A stretch of DNA of 64,000 bases from Scyliorhinus canicula. Its lineage: Eukaryota. Each line of letters begins with the position of its first letter. Positions within the stretch are counted from its first letter, which is position 1. The DNA is taken from contig NC_052154.1 in NCBI RefSeq assembly GCF_902713615.1, positions 159,318,754 through 159,382,753 of the forward strand, given 5' to 3'. This document shows, piece by piece, positions 1 through 12,300 of this stretch. Made by a program: the position numbers and the translations under genes. Under the pieces are notes generated by a model, which was not told the origin of the DNA, did not search any database, and saw only the letters and a program-made list of their open reading frames with translations.

Positions 1-256
1 AGGGGCCTTCAAATGAGCCCCCCTCCCCATTTCCCGTCCAAGGTGGAGAATTGTTTCTTTTCCGATTTCCCACCCTATGATCCAGCCTATAATTGACGCT
101 GGGCAGGGAAAGGCCCTTCAGTGGCCTCTTGGGAAAGGGCAGGTTTCCCACCCGAGTCTGCCCACCTAATTGTGAAATTGCACCTGGGTTGGGGTGGAGT
201 TTTACATTCACCCGGCCTCAGAACCCCCCGGGGGTGGGGGTGGACGTAAAATTCTG
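1..256. mobile_element. Right end of a GC-rich MITE-like element (Harbinger-like family), cut by the window edge
   Basis: Ends in GTAAAATTCTGC, resembling the GGGC-type terminal inverted repeats seen elsewhere in the window. The partner end is absent. Confidence 0.4.
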
Positions 257-289
257 CTTCTGGAAAAGTCTGTGAATTGAAAAACCCCT

Positions 290-745
290 AATTCAAGAAA
301 GGGAAGCAGAAAGTAGGAAACAATTGTCCAGTTAGTCTGACATCTATCATTAAGAAAAAGTTGGAATTCATTATTAAGGAAGTAGTAGCAGGACATTAAG
401 GAAAACAGGTTGATTATAGTTTTATTAAAGGGAAATTATGTGTGATAAATGTGCTACATTCTTCGAGGGTATATGGAGCAAAGTGGACAAAGGGAGTGGA
501 GTAGACATAATGCATTTGGATTTGCCAATAAGGTGACACACAAACGGCTACCACACAGATCAGAACTGATATATCAACATGGACAGAGATCAGCAGCAAA
601 TAGTCGGAATATGCGAGTTATTTTCAGGTTGGCAGCAGCAGGCTGCTACACAGATCAGTGCTGCATTTACAACCTCTTAATGGCTTGGATGAAGGGACCG
701 ATTGCGTTGCAGGCAAATTTGCTGACAATACAATGATAGGTGGAA
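290..745 (+). mobile_element. Old, degenerate CR1 LINE RT fragment
   Basis: Remnants matching the LTNLLEFFE / [13 protein letters not shown] / KFADDT region in nucleotide sequence, heavily disrupted. Confidence 0.7.
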
Positions 746-774
746 AAGCAAGTAGGGAGAAGAATGCAGAGTCT

Positions 775-2316
775 GTGAAAAACTACACCCCAGGGTTCTA
801 AAAGAGATAGCTGAGAGACTGTGGAAGCATTGGTGGTGATCTTTCAGGAATCACTAGAGGCAGGAAGGGTCCCAGAGGACTGGAAAATGGCTAATGTAAC
901 ACCGTTGTTTAAGGGAGGGAGGGAGGTAGAAGACGGGAAATTATAGGCCTGTTAGCCTGACTTTGGTCATTGGTACGATTTTAGGGGCCATCATTAAAGA
1001 TGAGATTGTGGAGTACTTGGAAGTGCATGATGAAATAGGACTGAGTCAGCATGCCTTCGTCAAGGAGAAGTCATGTCTGACAAATCTGTTAAGAGTTATT
1101 TGAGGAGGTAACAAGGAAGTTAGACAAAGGGGAACCAGTGATCGTGATTAATTTAGATTTCCAGAAGGCCTTTGACAAAGTGTCGCATAGGCGACTGTTA
1201 AATAAGTTAAAAGCCCATGGTGTTAAGGGTAAGATCCTGGCATGGATAGAGGATTGGCTGACTGGCAGAGAGTGGGGATAAAAGGTTCGTTTTCAGGATG
1301 GCAGCCAGTGACTAGTGGTTTTGCCTCAGGGGTCTGTGCTGGGACCACAACTTTTCACAATGTACATTAATGATCTGGAAGAAGAAACTGAAGGCACTGG
1401 TGCTAAGTTTGCAGATGATACAAAGATCCGTAGAGGGACAAGTAGTATTGAGGAAGCAGGGGGCTGCAGAAGGACTTAGACAGGTTAGGACAGTGGGCAA
1501 AGAAGTGGCAGATGGAATACAATGTGGAAAGTGTGAGGTTTTGCACTTTGGAAGGTGGAATGTAGGCATAGACTATTTTCTAAATGAGGAAATGCTTAGG
1601 AAATCAGAAACACAAAGGGACTTGGGAGTCCTTGTTCGCGATTCTCTTAAGGTTAACGTGCATGTTCAGTTGGCAGTTAGGAAGGCAAATGCAATGTTAG
1701 CATTCATGTCAAGAGGGCTAGAATACAAGACCAGGGGTGTACTTCTGAGGCTATACAGGGCTCTGGTCAGACCCCAATTAGAGTATTGTGATCAGATTTG
1801 GGAACATTTCCAAGGAAGGATGTGCTGGCCTTGGAAAGGGTCCAGATGGGGTCCAAAAGTATGATCCTTGGAATGAAGAGCTTGTCGTATGAGGAACATT
1901 TGAGGACTCTGGGTCTGTACTCGGATTTTAGAAGGATGGGGGGGGTCTTATTGAAACTTACAGGATACTGCGAGGCCTGGATAGAGTGGACATGGAGAGG
2001 ATGTTTCCACTTGTAGGAAAATCTAGAACCAGAGGACACCATCTCAGATTAAAGGGACGATCCTTTAAAACAGAAATGAGGAGAAATATTTTCAGCCAGA
2101 GATTGGTGAATTTGTGGAACTCTGCCGCAGAGGGCTGTGGAGGCCAAATCAGAGTGTCTTTAAAACAGAGATAGATAGGTTCTTGACTAATAAGGGGATC
2201 AGAGATTATGGGGAGAAGGAGAACGGGGGATGAGAAAAATATCAGCCATGATTGAATGGCAGAGCAGACTCAATGGGCCGAGTAGCCTAATTCTGCTTAT
2301 ATGTCTTAGGGTCTTA
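775..2316 (+). mobile_element. 5'-truncated CR1 LINE (RT C-terminal half and 3' tail), frameshifted
   Basis: [27 protein letters not shown] and QRDLGVLV motifs across ORFs 1370-2174. The 3' tail is ATTCTGCTTATATGTCTTA. Confidence 0.92.
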
Positions 2317-2524
2317 AAGGATGTTTAGAGACTAAGTGTGAGTTTTACTTTTGGAATGACAGCCTTCAAGATGAAAGCGGTCAGTCCGAAGGGTGAAATT
2401 GTTTTTCCCAACTTAGTCTCTGGTGTCAATACCAAATATTCCCAAGTCAAAGTCTAGTAAATCCAGTTTATGAATAAAACCCATTCAATCTGCCAAGGAT
2501 TGTAGCTCCAGCTTCAACTGCAGT

Positions 2525-2695
2525 AATGAAATGAAATGAAATGAAAATCGCTTATTGTCACAAGTAGGCTTCAAATGAAGTTACTGTGAAAAGCCCCTAG
2601 TCGCCACATTCCAGCGCCTGCTCGGGGAGGCTGGTATGGGAATTGAACCGTCTGCTTTAAAAGCCAGCGATTTAGCCCTGTGCTAAACCAGCTCC
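2525..2695 (-). mobile_element. Short tRNA-derived SINE with (TTTCA)n tail
   Basis: Same sequence recurs at about 34110-34285, 35930-36112, 46635-46815 and 33366-33432 (partial). B-box-like GGTTCAATTCC. Confidence 0.85.
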
Positions 2696-3074
2696 TCGGC
2701 ATCAGTATGAACTTTTCTGCTTGCTACGATATTCATTCTGGCATTGCCTCTACATTCCCATTTTTGTCATGAATTTTAAGGGGTAATTTTACACTTTTGT
2801 CAACTAGAAACTGACTGGACCGTCTCAATTTTATTTCACAGAAGACTGCAGCCAACAAGGAAAATTAGATTTTTATTTGAACAATCTGGCTGATATTGTA
2901 TCACAATCCAGGGATTAAAATAGTGCATGAGCCCAGTATGTTATCCATTTCACCAAGTTCCTTTTCTTTTTGCAAAAGGTTAACAAAATCCATTGTATAT
3001 AGTGCTGCCGTTCTCTGATGAAGACTAGAATGTTTGAAAATAATATATTAACAAAAATAAAATATCTTACTTAC

Positions 3075-3386
3075 CCAATGGAGTCAGTGAACAAGTAGTC
3101 TTTCCACAATCTCTGATACTTGCATGTCGAAATTCACAAGTTAATATTTTCCCAAAGTCTTCCCGAACAGGAATGAATTTCAAATGGCTTGTAAAATAAC
3201 AAAGGCCATCCTTTCCAAAGGCCGCTTCAGAATCAGCATTCATTTCCTCCAATACGATGTCACCCTTCCTCCAAATAACTGTAAGATCTTTTGGAAAGAA
3301 GGAATGTATTCTACAAGATGCATATGCCTGTTCATCTACAATTGGAATGTCTGGTGACAGTTTTATGTCATCACATTTTGGGATAG
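3075..3386 (-). CDS. Exon 7: third post-TM C1-like Ig domain ([12 protein letters not shown]...[10 protein letters not shown]...LTCEFRH)
   Basis: Acceptor TTTTTCCTCAG, donor TGG|GTAAGT, 312 nt. Both Cys and the Trp are present. Confidence 0.9.
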
Positions 3387-6300
3387 CTGAGGAAAAATGA
3401 GAAAATTGTAGAATTTTGATAGGAATGAGCAATAGTGAAACAGACCGCAGCAATTTTTCAAAACTGATTTTAGATCGAATCATTAAAAGGGAGCAGATAA
3501 TCACTAATTGTTAAACAGATACCGACTTCAGCTCGGCTACTGTGATACAAACGTACAATTTTAATTATGCATCTACATGGCCACTGCTTCACACAATGCA
3601 ACAAAGCAAAGGAAAAACAAATGGCTACTTATCTATTCTAGCACTGGATAGGCCCATTAGTTATCATTCCCTGGCCATTTCTCAAATGTACCTCGACGAG
3701 GAAGTATATTCAAACTTTGCAGTGCTGGTCCGTAGGCTTTGAAACTCCTCCACCTCTCCATCTCCTTCTGCTCTTTCAAGATTCTCCTTGCCCTCCCAAT
3801 ACCCGATTCTCTGACTGATTACACCTCTATGAAGACACCACAACAAGCACAAGAGAAATTGGAGACTAGGAAAGTGCAAACAAGTCAGGAGAAAGTAACG
3901 CCTGCCCAAGTCAGTCTGATATCAAATTCAGCATAATTTGAAGTTGAAACAGATCAGTTCCGAATTTTAGACAATTGTTGAATAAATTAAAATCAATGCA
4001 AATATGGATTCACTATTGAATAACCAAACTTGGTCACAACTTTCAATTTTCTTCACTTCATTATTTTACTGCAGAAAGGTGGCCTATGAGAAGTGCTTCA
4101 CTATTATAGCAAAAGTCTTTCTCTCCCTCAGGGTGAAATATTTCACTATTCCAGGTTGTTCCACCTACCACCTTATCCAAGATCTTATAAACCTGATCAC
4201 ATCTTAAGGAACAACCTACCACCTTATCCAAGATCTTATAAACCTTGTCGCATCTCAAGGAACAATGAGTTCTCGGATTGCAATACCAGCAATATTAGAT
4301 CATCAATCTTGCTGATAATCAATGACTTATCCAACCCAGTATTATTTTAACCTCTTTAAAAGTGCATTGCAATTATTGATTCTATGCTGATTTTGAAAGA
4401 ACTTAAACATTGTAGCTAAATTTGTAGAAAATCTTAAATAAAATGGAGAAATGCTGACAATACCTTTTATATTTAAATTAACCTCTTTACTTGTTACTGA
4501 ATCCGTGGCTGGATGTTTTACTTCACAAATATATACTGCTTCATTGTCTTCCTTAATGGTTGGTATAAAATGCAAAACACTGGCGACACTGTGCGTCTTG
4601 TCTTCATATTCCAGCTCAGTTATACTGTGGACATATTTTGGTTGCTCCGTTTCACTCCCTTCAACGAAATCTGCTCTTTCCGGGTGAAGTTTCACAATTT
4701 CTTTTGTTATATTGTCCTTCTGTTTGTACCAAGTGATGGCCAGTGGTCTGGGTTTGAATCCATTAATTGGGCAGGTCACAGCGAGCACTTCTTCATGAAT
4801 AATACGAGGAGGTATCACTATTTCAGTCATCCTCGGTTCAACTTTGTTTTTATGAAAAAGGGAAAAATAGAATTATGCTTTGAAAGTTCTCAAACAAACA
4901 GAATACAGACTATCTTAAACCAGAGATTTTATAAAACCCATTACCCCATCAAATATATATCAAGTACAATGGGCACTTCTACAATCCTGACAAAGAAATG
5001 CTGCAGCACAAGGTTCAAACTGTGTGTTGGCAGACTTGTAGCATTCGGCGAGGCCAATTGACAAAACAGCCAGGAACATAACTTCAGTCTTATTCAGAAC
5101 ATCTAACTATCATAGAACTTACAGTGCAGAAGGAGGCTATTCGGCCCATCGTGTCTGCACCGGCCCTTGGAAAGAGCACCCAACTTAAGCCCATGCCTCC
5201 ACCCTATCCCCGTAACCCCACCTAACTTTGTAGGCACTAAGGGGCAATTTAGCATAGCCAATCCACCTAACCTGCACATCTTTGGACTGTGGGAGGAAAC
5301 CGGACTATGGGAGACCATACTCGATATCACAACTGTATAGTTCTTTAGGCTCAAATTTAAAAGGATGTACCCACTTAAAGGAAATGGCCAAATAACAAAT
5401 AATTGTGCAAAGTTCTGAAATTAAGTTTTTAAAATTTTAAGCTTTACAAATTTAGGGGAAAAGAGCAAGAATTAATCTGCAGGATCAGACAACAAATGTG
5501 GGCTAAGATCCTAAACTTTAACGGGTCGTGCGAGCTAATTGATCCCAAAGTATCATCTATTTGCTAAACAGCAAGTCACAAAGCATTGCCTTGCTCATCC
5601 ATGCCAAGTTCTAGACTATAAGCATTGGAAAGGGTACAGAGGAGATTTACAAGGATGTTGCCTGGTATGGAGGAAAGATCTTACGAGGAAAGGCTGAAGG
5701 ACTTGAGGCTGTTTTCGTTAGAGAGAAGAAGGTTAAGAGGTGACTTTTGAGGCAGACAAGATGATCAGAGGATTAGATAGGGTGGACATTGAGAGCCTTT
5801 TTCCGCGGATCGTGATGTCCAGCACAAGGGGACATAGCTTTAAATTGAGGGGCGATAGATATAGAACAGATGTCAGAGGTAGGTTCTTTACTCAGAGAGT
5901 AGTACGGGCATGGAATGCCCTGCCTGCAACAGTAGTGGACTCGCCAACACTAAACACATTCAAATGGTCATTGGAAAGGCATATGGACGATAAGGGAATA
6001 GTGCAGATGGACTTTAGAGGGGTTTCACAGGCCGGCGCAACATCGAGGGCCGAAGGGCCTGTACTGCACTGTAATGTTCTATAAGACCATAAGATATAGG
6101 AGCAGAATTAGGCCACAGTCCATCAAGTCTGCTCCGCCATTCAATCATGGCTGATATTTTCTCATCCTCATTCTCCTCCCTTCTTCCCGTAACCTCTGAT
6201 CCCCTTATTAATCAAAAGCCCATCTCTGTCTTAAAGACACCCTTGTGATTTGGCCTCCACAGCCTTCTGCGGCAGAGTTCCACAGATTCAGCACCCTCTG

Positions 6301-9300
6301 GCTGAAGAAATTCCTCCTCATCTCTGTTTTAAAGGATCGTCTTTTTAGTCTGAGATGGTGTCCTCTGGTTCTAGATTTTCCTACAAGAGGAAACATCCTC
6401 TCCACGTCCACTTTATCCAGGCCTCGCAGTATCCTGCAAGTTTCAATAAGATCCCCGCTCATCCTTCTAAACTCCAACGAGTACAGACCCAGGGTCCTCA
6501 ACCCTTGCTCAGATGACAAGTTCTTCATTCCAGGGATCATTTTTGTGAACCTCCTTTGGGCCCTTTCCAAGACCAGCACATCCTTCCTTAGGTACGGGGC
6601 CCAAAACTGCTCTCAATACTCCAAATAGGGTCTGACCAGAGTCTTACAGCCTCAGAAGTACAACCCTGGTCTTGTATACTAGCCCTCTTGACATGAATGC
6701 TAACATTGCCTTAACTGCTGACTGAACCTGCACATTAACCTTTAGAGAATCGTGAGCAAGGACTCCAAAGTCCCTTCGTGCATATGAATGTCCTCTCTCA
6801 CTGTTACACTTCTTTCACTGTCTCACATATAAACCCACACCTCTGCAGAACAATCAAGTTCTAGTACACAACTGAAAGCCTTGTAGAACACCTCTAATGG
6901 ATCATTCGATAATCCGTGGAAAGACGATCTTAGTCACTTGCTTCACATAGAATGAGGTTTCAGTCTGGGCACAGGTCAGCCATCAGTGTCCTCCCACACC
7001 CACCTTACTTTGCAAGGTGAAGCAGTGTGGCGACATGGGGAAGCTGCGCTATGCAATCCAGTATGAAAGGAAATTGTTTGCATTTGTGGGTACCACATTC
7101 AATACTGGAATCAAGAGCAGGTGTCATAACGGAATGGACTGTTGATCCGGTCAACCGTTAGGACTGCCACATGCACGTTGCAAGGTGCCTGCAACTTCTC
7201 TTTTTATAGAGGATATAATGCTAGAACGGATTCCTGCTAACCTTGAGATGGGTGTTTTTGACCATTTGCAAGATGATGTGCCATGGTCTATACAGTATTA
7301 TGATTTGGTTCCTATTTATCCCTGGTCATGATTTATTTTATTTATCAGTTGATTAAAAAAAAAATAGCACATGAGGCAGTCTGTTAAAATGACAACATAG
7401 TAAATAAAAAGTAGCTCCTAAAAATGGCTCCAAAATGCATAAAGAAAATTTCCAAAATCAATAATGGTCAGATCTGCAACCAAAAGCCCCTTCGCTTCTC
7501 GCTTGCTCTTCTTTTAGACGGATGAAGTACTTGTGCAGGTTTTATGTCTTAGTGTCATTTACATCAAAGGTTATATGAAAGAAAATTTTAACTCAGTCGC
7601 AATTCTGTGACTGTGAAAATTTAAACTCAGTCGCAAATATGTGCCAGGTTTGCTCATTTTCCTTTCTGAATTGATGAGGACCATCAATTCAGAAAGGAAA
7701 ATGAGCAAACCTGGCACATATTTGCGACGGAGTTTAAATTTTCAGTCACAGAATTGCGACTGAGTTAAAATTTTCTTTCATATAACCTTTGATGTAAATG
7801 ACACTAAGACATAAAACCTGCACAACTACTTCATCCGTCTAAATCAGAGATTGGCAACCCCCAGCTCCAGCTCCAGGGCCACATGCGGCTAATTAACATC
7901 TAATTTTCAGCTCCCAACCTTCTGCAGTTTGTTGGAATTAACATGAAAAATAACACCAAAAAATTAAGTCAGGAACATTACAAATCGAGAGCAACAAAAT
8001 CTTCCTATTGCGCCATTCATTTGCTTCATCAGCGCTTTTGTGCTGTCAGCTTTCAAAATGGCATCTTTAGAAATTATTCTAAAAAATAAAAAAGTTAATT
8101 GGGCTTCACCTTATGTCTTCAAATAATTATTTTAACAAAAAAAAAAACCTCACTGTCGCGGTAATAAACTGAGTGGCCCACGTATAACATGGTTATCACA
8201 GAATTTACAGTGCAGAAGGAGGCCATTCGGCCCATCGAGTCTGCACCGGCTCTTGGAAAGAGCACCCTACCCAAGGTCAACACCTCCACCCTATCCCTAT
8301 ACGGATGCTTTTGGCTGGAGAATTAGGTTTTGTGGGTGCGACCATTAATGTTTCCAGCATGGGTAAAACAAATTAAATGGCCTTAAAATCGGTCTTTTAT
8401 CATTAAAATCAATAGTTGGGGAAAAAAATAGCTGCAATTCTACTCTAAAAGAAACATGCCGCTATGATTCTCCAGGAAATAATTGACAAAGTTGAAGGCA
8501 TATTTAAGATCTATGAAGCATTAAGATTTAATTTTGAAAGCAAAAGTAACTTATCATCTATCCCAGGGATAGAACATAGAACATAGAACAGTACAGCACA
8601 GAACAGGCCCTTCGGCCCTCGATGTTGTGCCGAGCAATGATCACCCTACTCAACCCCACATATCCATCCTATACCCGTAACCCAACCTTACTTTTTTAAG
8701 GACACTACGGGCAATTTATCATGGCCAATCCACCTAACCCGCACATCTTTGGACTGTGGGAGGAAACTGGAGCACCCGGAGGAAACCCACGCACACACGG
8801 GGAGGACGTGCAGACTCCGCACAGACAGTGACCCAGCCGGGAATCGAACCTGGGACCCTAGAGCTGTGAAGCATTTATGCTAACCACCATGCTACCGTGC
8901 TGCCCATGTAGGAACTGGATTTTTGCTGAACCTAAATACAAGGTGGTATTAAAGCAATTAATAAGAGATTAAAGCAAATTATTTTTTACAACATCAAATA
9001 TGTGAAAAATATTAATAAGTATCTTTATTGTCACAAGTAGGCTTACATTAACACTGCAATGAAGTTACTGCGAAAATCCCCTACTCGCATATTCCAGCAT
9101 CTGAGGGAGACTTCAGAATGTCCAAATTACCAAACAGCACATCTTTCAGGACTTGTGGGAGGAAACCGAAGCAGACACAGGGAGAACGCGCAGACTACGC
9201 ACAGACAGTGACCCAAGCTGGGAATCGAACCTGGGACCCTGGAGCTGTGAAGCAACAGTGCTAACCACTGTGCTACCGTGCCGCCGAGGTCCTCAATAAA

Positions 9301-12300
9301 CAACTGTTCCCTCTAAAGGAATGCCTATGCCTTTATTCCATGGACTTGAGGGTCGGGATTCTCCGTTGCCCGTCGTAACGCGGGTTTCCGGTGAGAAAAA
9401 TCGGTGTTAATCACTCCGGCGTCGGGGCCTTCTTTTAAGCTGGCAATCTCCGTTCCCGGAGGGGCCAGCAGCTGACTGACGCGATACGCGTCAGTTTCAC
9501 CAGCTGCGGAAGTGGTGAGACCCGGCGTTTTTTGGAGGAGGAGGAGGAGAGACACAGACCCGGCATTTGGGGGGGGGGGGGGGGGAAGAGACCCGGCATT
9601 TGGGGGGGGGGGAAGAGACCCGGCATTTGGGGGGGGGGAGAGACCCGGCATTTGGGGGGGGGGGGAGAGACCCGGCATTCGGGGGGGGGGGGGAGAGACC
9701 CGGCATTCGGGGGGGGGGGGGGAGGGAGACCCGGCATTTGGGGGGGGGGGGGGGAGGGAGACCCGGCATTTTGGGGGGGGGGGGGGGGGAGACCCGGCAT
9801 TTGGGGGGGGGGGGGAGACCCGGCATTTGGGGGGGGGGGAGACCCGGCATTTGGGGGGGGGGGGGGTTGCGGCATGGGGGGGGGTTGCGGCATTGGGGGG
9901 GGTTGCGGCATGGGGGGGGTTGCGGCATGGGGGGGGTTGCGGCATGGGGGGGGGGGTTGCGGCATGGGGGGGGGGTTGCGGCATGGGGGGGGGGGTTGCG
10001 GCATGGGGGGGTTTGCGGCATGGGGGGGGTTGCGGCATGGGGGGGGTTGCGGCATGGGGGGGTTGCGGCATGGGGGGGGGTTGCGGCATGGGGGGGGTTG
10101 TGGCATGGGGGGGTTGCGGCCAGCGGCGTGCAGAGAGGGGGGGCGACGGATGCCCGGGGCCAACGCACCGTCGCCCCCCCCCCCTCTGTACGCCGCTGCC
10201 CCCTACCCCAACCCCCCCTCACCACCCCTACCTCCCTCCCCACCACCCCCCAACGCCGCACCCCCCCCCACCCCCCACTAACGCCGCACCCCCCCCCACT
10301 AACGGAGGAAGGAGGGGGGGTAGGAGGAAGGAAGGGGGGGAGGAGGAAGGAGGGGGGGAGGAGGAAGGAGGGGGGGAGGAGGAAGGAAGGGGGGAGGGGG
10401 GAGGAGGGGGGGGAGGAGGAAGGAAGGGGGGAGGAGGAAGGAGGGGGGGAGGAGGAAGGAAGGGGGGAGGAGGAAGGAGGGGGGGGAGGAGGAAGGAGGG
10501 GGGAGGAGGAAGGAAGAGGAGGAGGAAGGAGGGGGGGAGGAGGAAGGAAGGGGGGAGGAGGAAGGAGGGGGGGAGGAGGAAGGAGGGGGGAGGAGGAAGG
10601 AAGAGGAGGAGGAAGGAGGGGGGGAGGAGGAAGGAAGGGGGGGAGGAGGAAGGAGGGGGGGAGGAGGAAGGAGGGGGGAGGAGGAAGGAGGGGGGGAGGA
10701 GGAGAGAGGGGGGGGGGGGGGATGTGTGGGTACCGGCCCTTCAGAGGGAGGGGGACGGGGTGTGGGTACCGGCGTTGGGGGGGGGGCGGGGGGGTGTGGG
10801 TACCGGCCTTCAGAGGGAGGGGGACGGGGTGTGGGTACCGGCGTTGAGGGGGGGGACCCGGCGTTGAGGGTGGGGGGTTGCGGCGTTGCGAGAGATGGGG
10901 GGCGGCGTTGGAGGGGGGTAGGGGTGGTGGGGAGGGGGGTAGGGGTGGTGGGGAGGGGGGTAGGGGCGTTGGAGGGAGGTAGGGGTGGTGAGGGGGGGGT
11001 GGTTGGGGTAGGGGGCAGCGGCGTACAGAGGGGGGGCGACGGTGCGTTGGCCCAGGGCATCCGTAGCCCCCCCTCTCTGCACGCCGCTGCCCCCAAACCC
11101 CCCCCCATGCCCCCCCCATGCTGCAACCCCCCGATGCCGCAACCCACCCCCCCGATGCCGCAACCCACCCCCCCATGCCGCAACCCACCCCCCCATGCCG
11201 CAACCCACCCACCCCCCCGATGCCGCAACCCACCCCCCCGATGCCGCAACCCACCCCCCCCGATGCCGCAACCCCCCCCCCCCCCGAGGCTGCAACCCCC
11301 CCCCGATGCCGCAACCCACCCCCCCCGATGCCGCAACCCCCCCACCCCGATGCCGCAACCCCCCCCCCCCCGATGCCACAACCCACCCCCCGACACTGAA
11401 CGGCGTCAACCATCATCAATGGTTGACGCCGTTTTAAAGCAACTGTGATTTTCGCCGACGTGACCAGACTTCGGCCCATCCGGGCCGGAGATTTGTGGAC
11501 ACTTAAAAAAAAATGAAATCCCGCCGGCGCCAGCTGTTTTCAGAGGCTGCCGGCGGGATTTGCACAACGCCGGTTTTTGGCCGGTGGGAGATTTAAAAAC
11601 CCTGCGGGAGTGGAAATAACGCCGCTGCCCGCCGATTCTCCGACCCTGCGTGGGGTCGGAGAATCCCGCCCGAGGTTCATAATGGTCTGTATTTTTATTT
11701 TAAAATGCGCTTCAGCTAAACGAAACGTGCCAACCCCTATTGGAAATGCACAAGATTGGTGAATTGCAGACCGATGGGTAAGAAAAAAAGCATCTGCACT
11801 CTAAATGTTGCAATCCTGCTGCATCTATTTCACAACTGCTCTTAATGCAAAGATAATTCTAAACACAAGGGCTGTGGCATTAAAGGGGGCAGTATAAAAT
11901 TTACAGAATAATTAGGTTAAATACATAATGGGCAGAGCTATTTGTGGTTTAATATGCCAGTGACATGTTTTACACTATTGTAAGGGTGGATCATTTTACC
12001 CAAAGAATTCTGGAAACCATTCTGTTTTTTTAATAAATTTAGAATCCCCAATTAATTTTTTTCCAATTAAGGGGCAATTTAGCGTGGCCACTCCACTTTC
12101 CATGCACATCTTTTGGGTTGTGGGGGCAAAACCCGAAACACGGGGAGAATGTGCAATCTCCACGTGGACAGTGACCCAGAGCCGGGATCAAATCTAGGAT
12201 CTAGGCGCCATGAAGCCGCAGTGCTAACCACTGTGCCACCTTGCTGCCCTTGGAAACCATTCTTTAACAAGGTAGCTTCATCTGGGTCAAAAAAGATGTG

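Noticed and set aside
2733-2803. Possible terminal coding exon (VDKSVKLPLKIHDKNGNVEAMPE*)
   Set aside because: Poor polypyrimidine tract and no recognisable motif. It cannot be distinguished from chance, and the true 3' end may lie outside the window or be read-through (GK*) at 3067.
3015-3039. CTGATGA...GAAA hammerhead-like core near the exon 7 donor
   Set aside because: Stem II is weak (G-U rich), there is no stem I or NUH site, and it is probably chance or a highly decayed copy.
8790-8905. tRNA-like A/B-box sequences (many copies)
   Set aside because: These are SINE heads continuing into SINE bodies, with no complete cloverleaf, so they are not called tRNA genes.
9528-10120. Repeat-spacer-like periodicity resembling a CRISPR array
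   Set aside because: The 'spacers' are just G homopolymers of variable length, the DNA is eukaryotic, and there are no cas genes.
9325-11479. Long Pro-, Gly- and Glu-rich ORFs (up to 660 aa) resembling extensin/formin/collagen
   Set aside because: They are open in all six frames because the G/C minisatellite lacks stop codons. They lie inside a TIR/TSD-bounded element and have no splice context.
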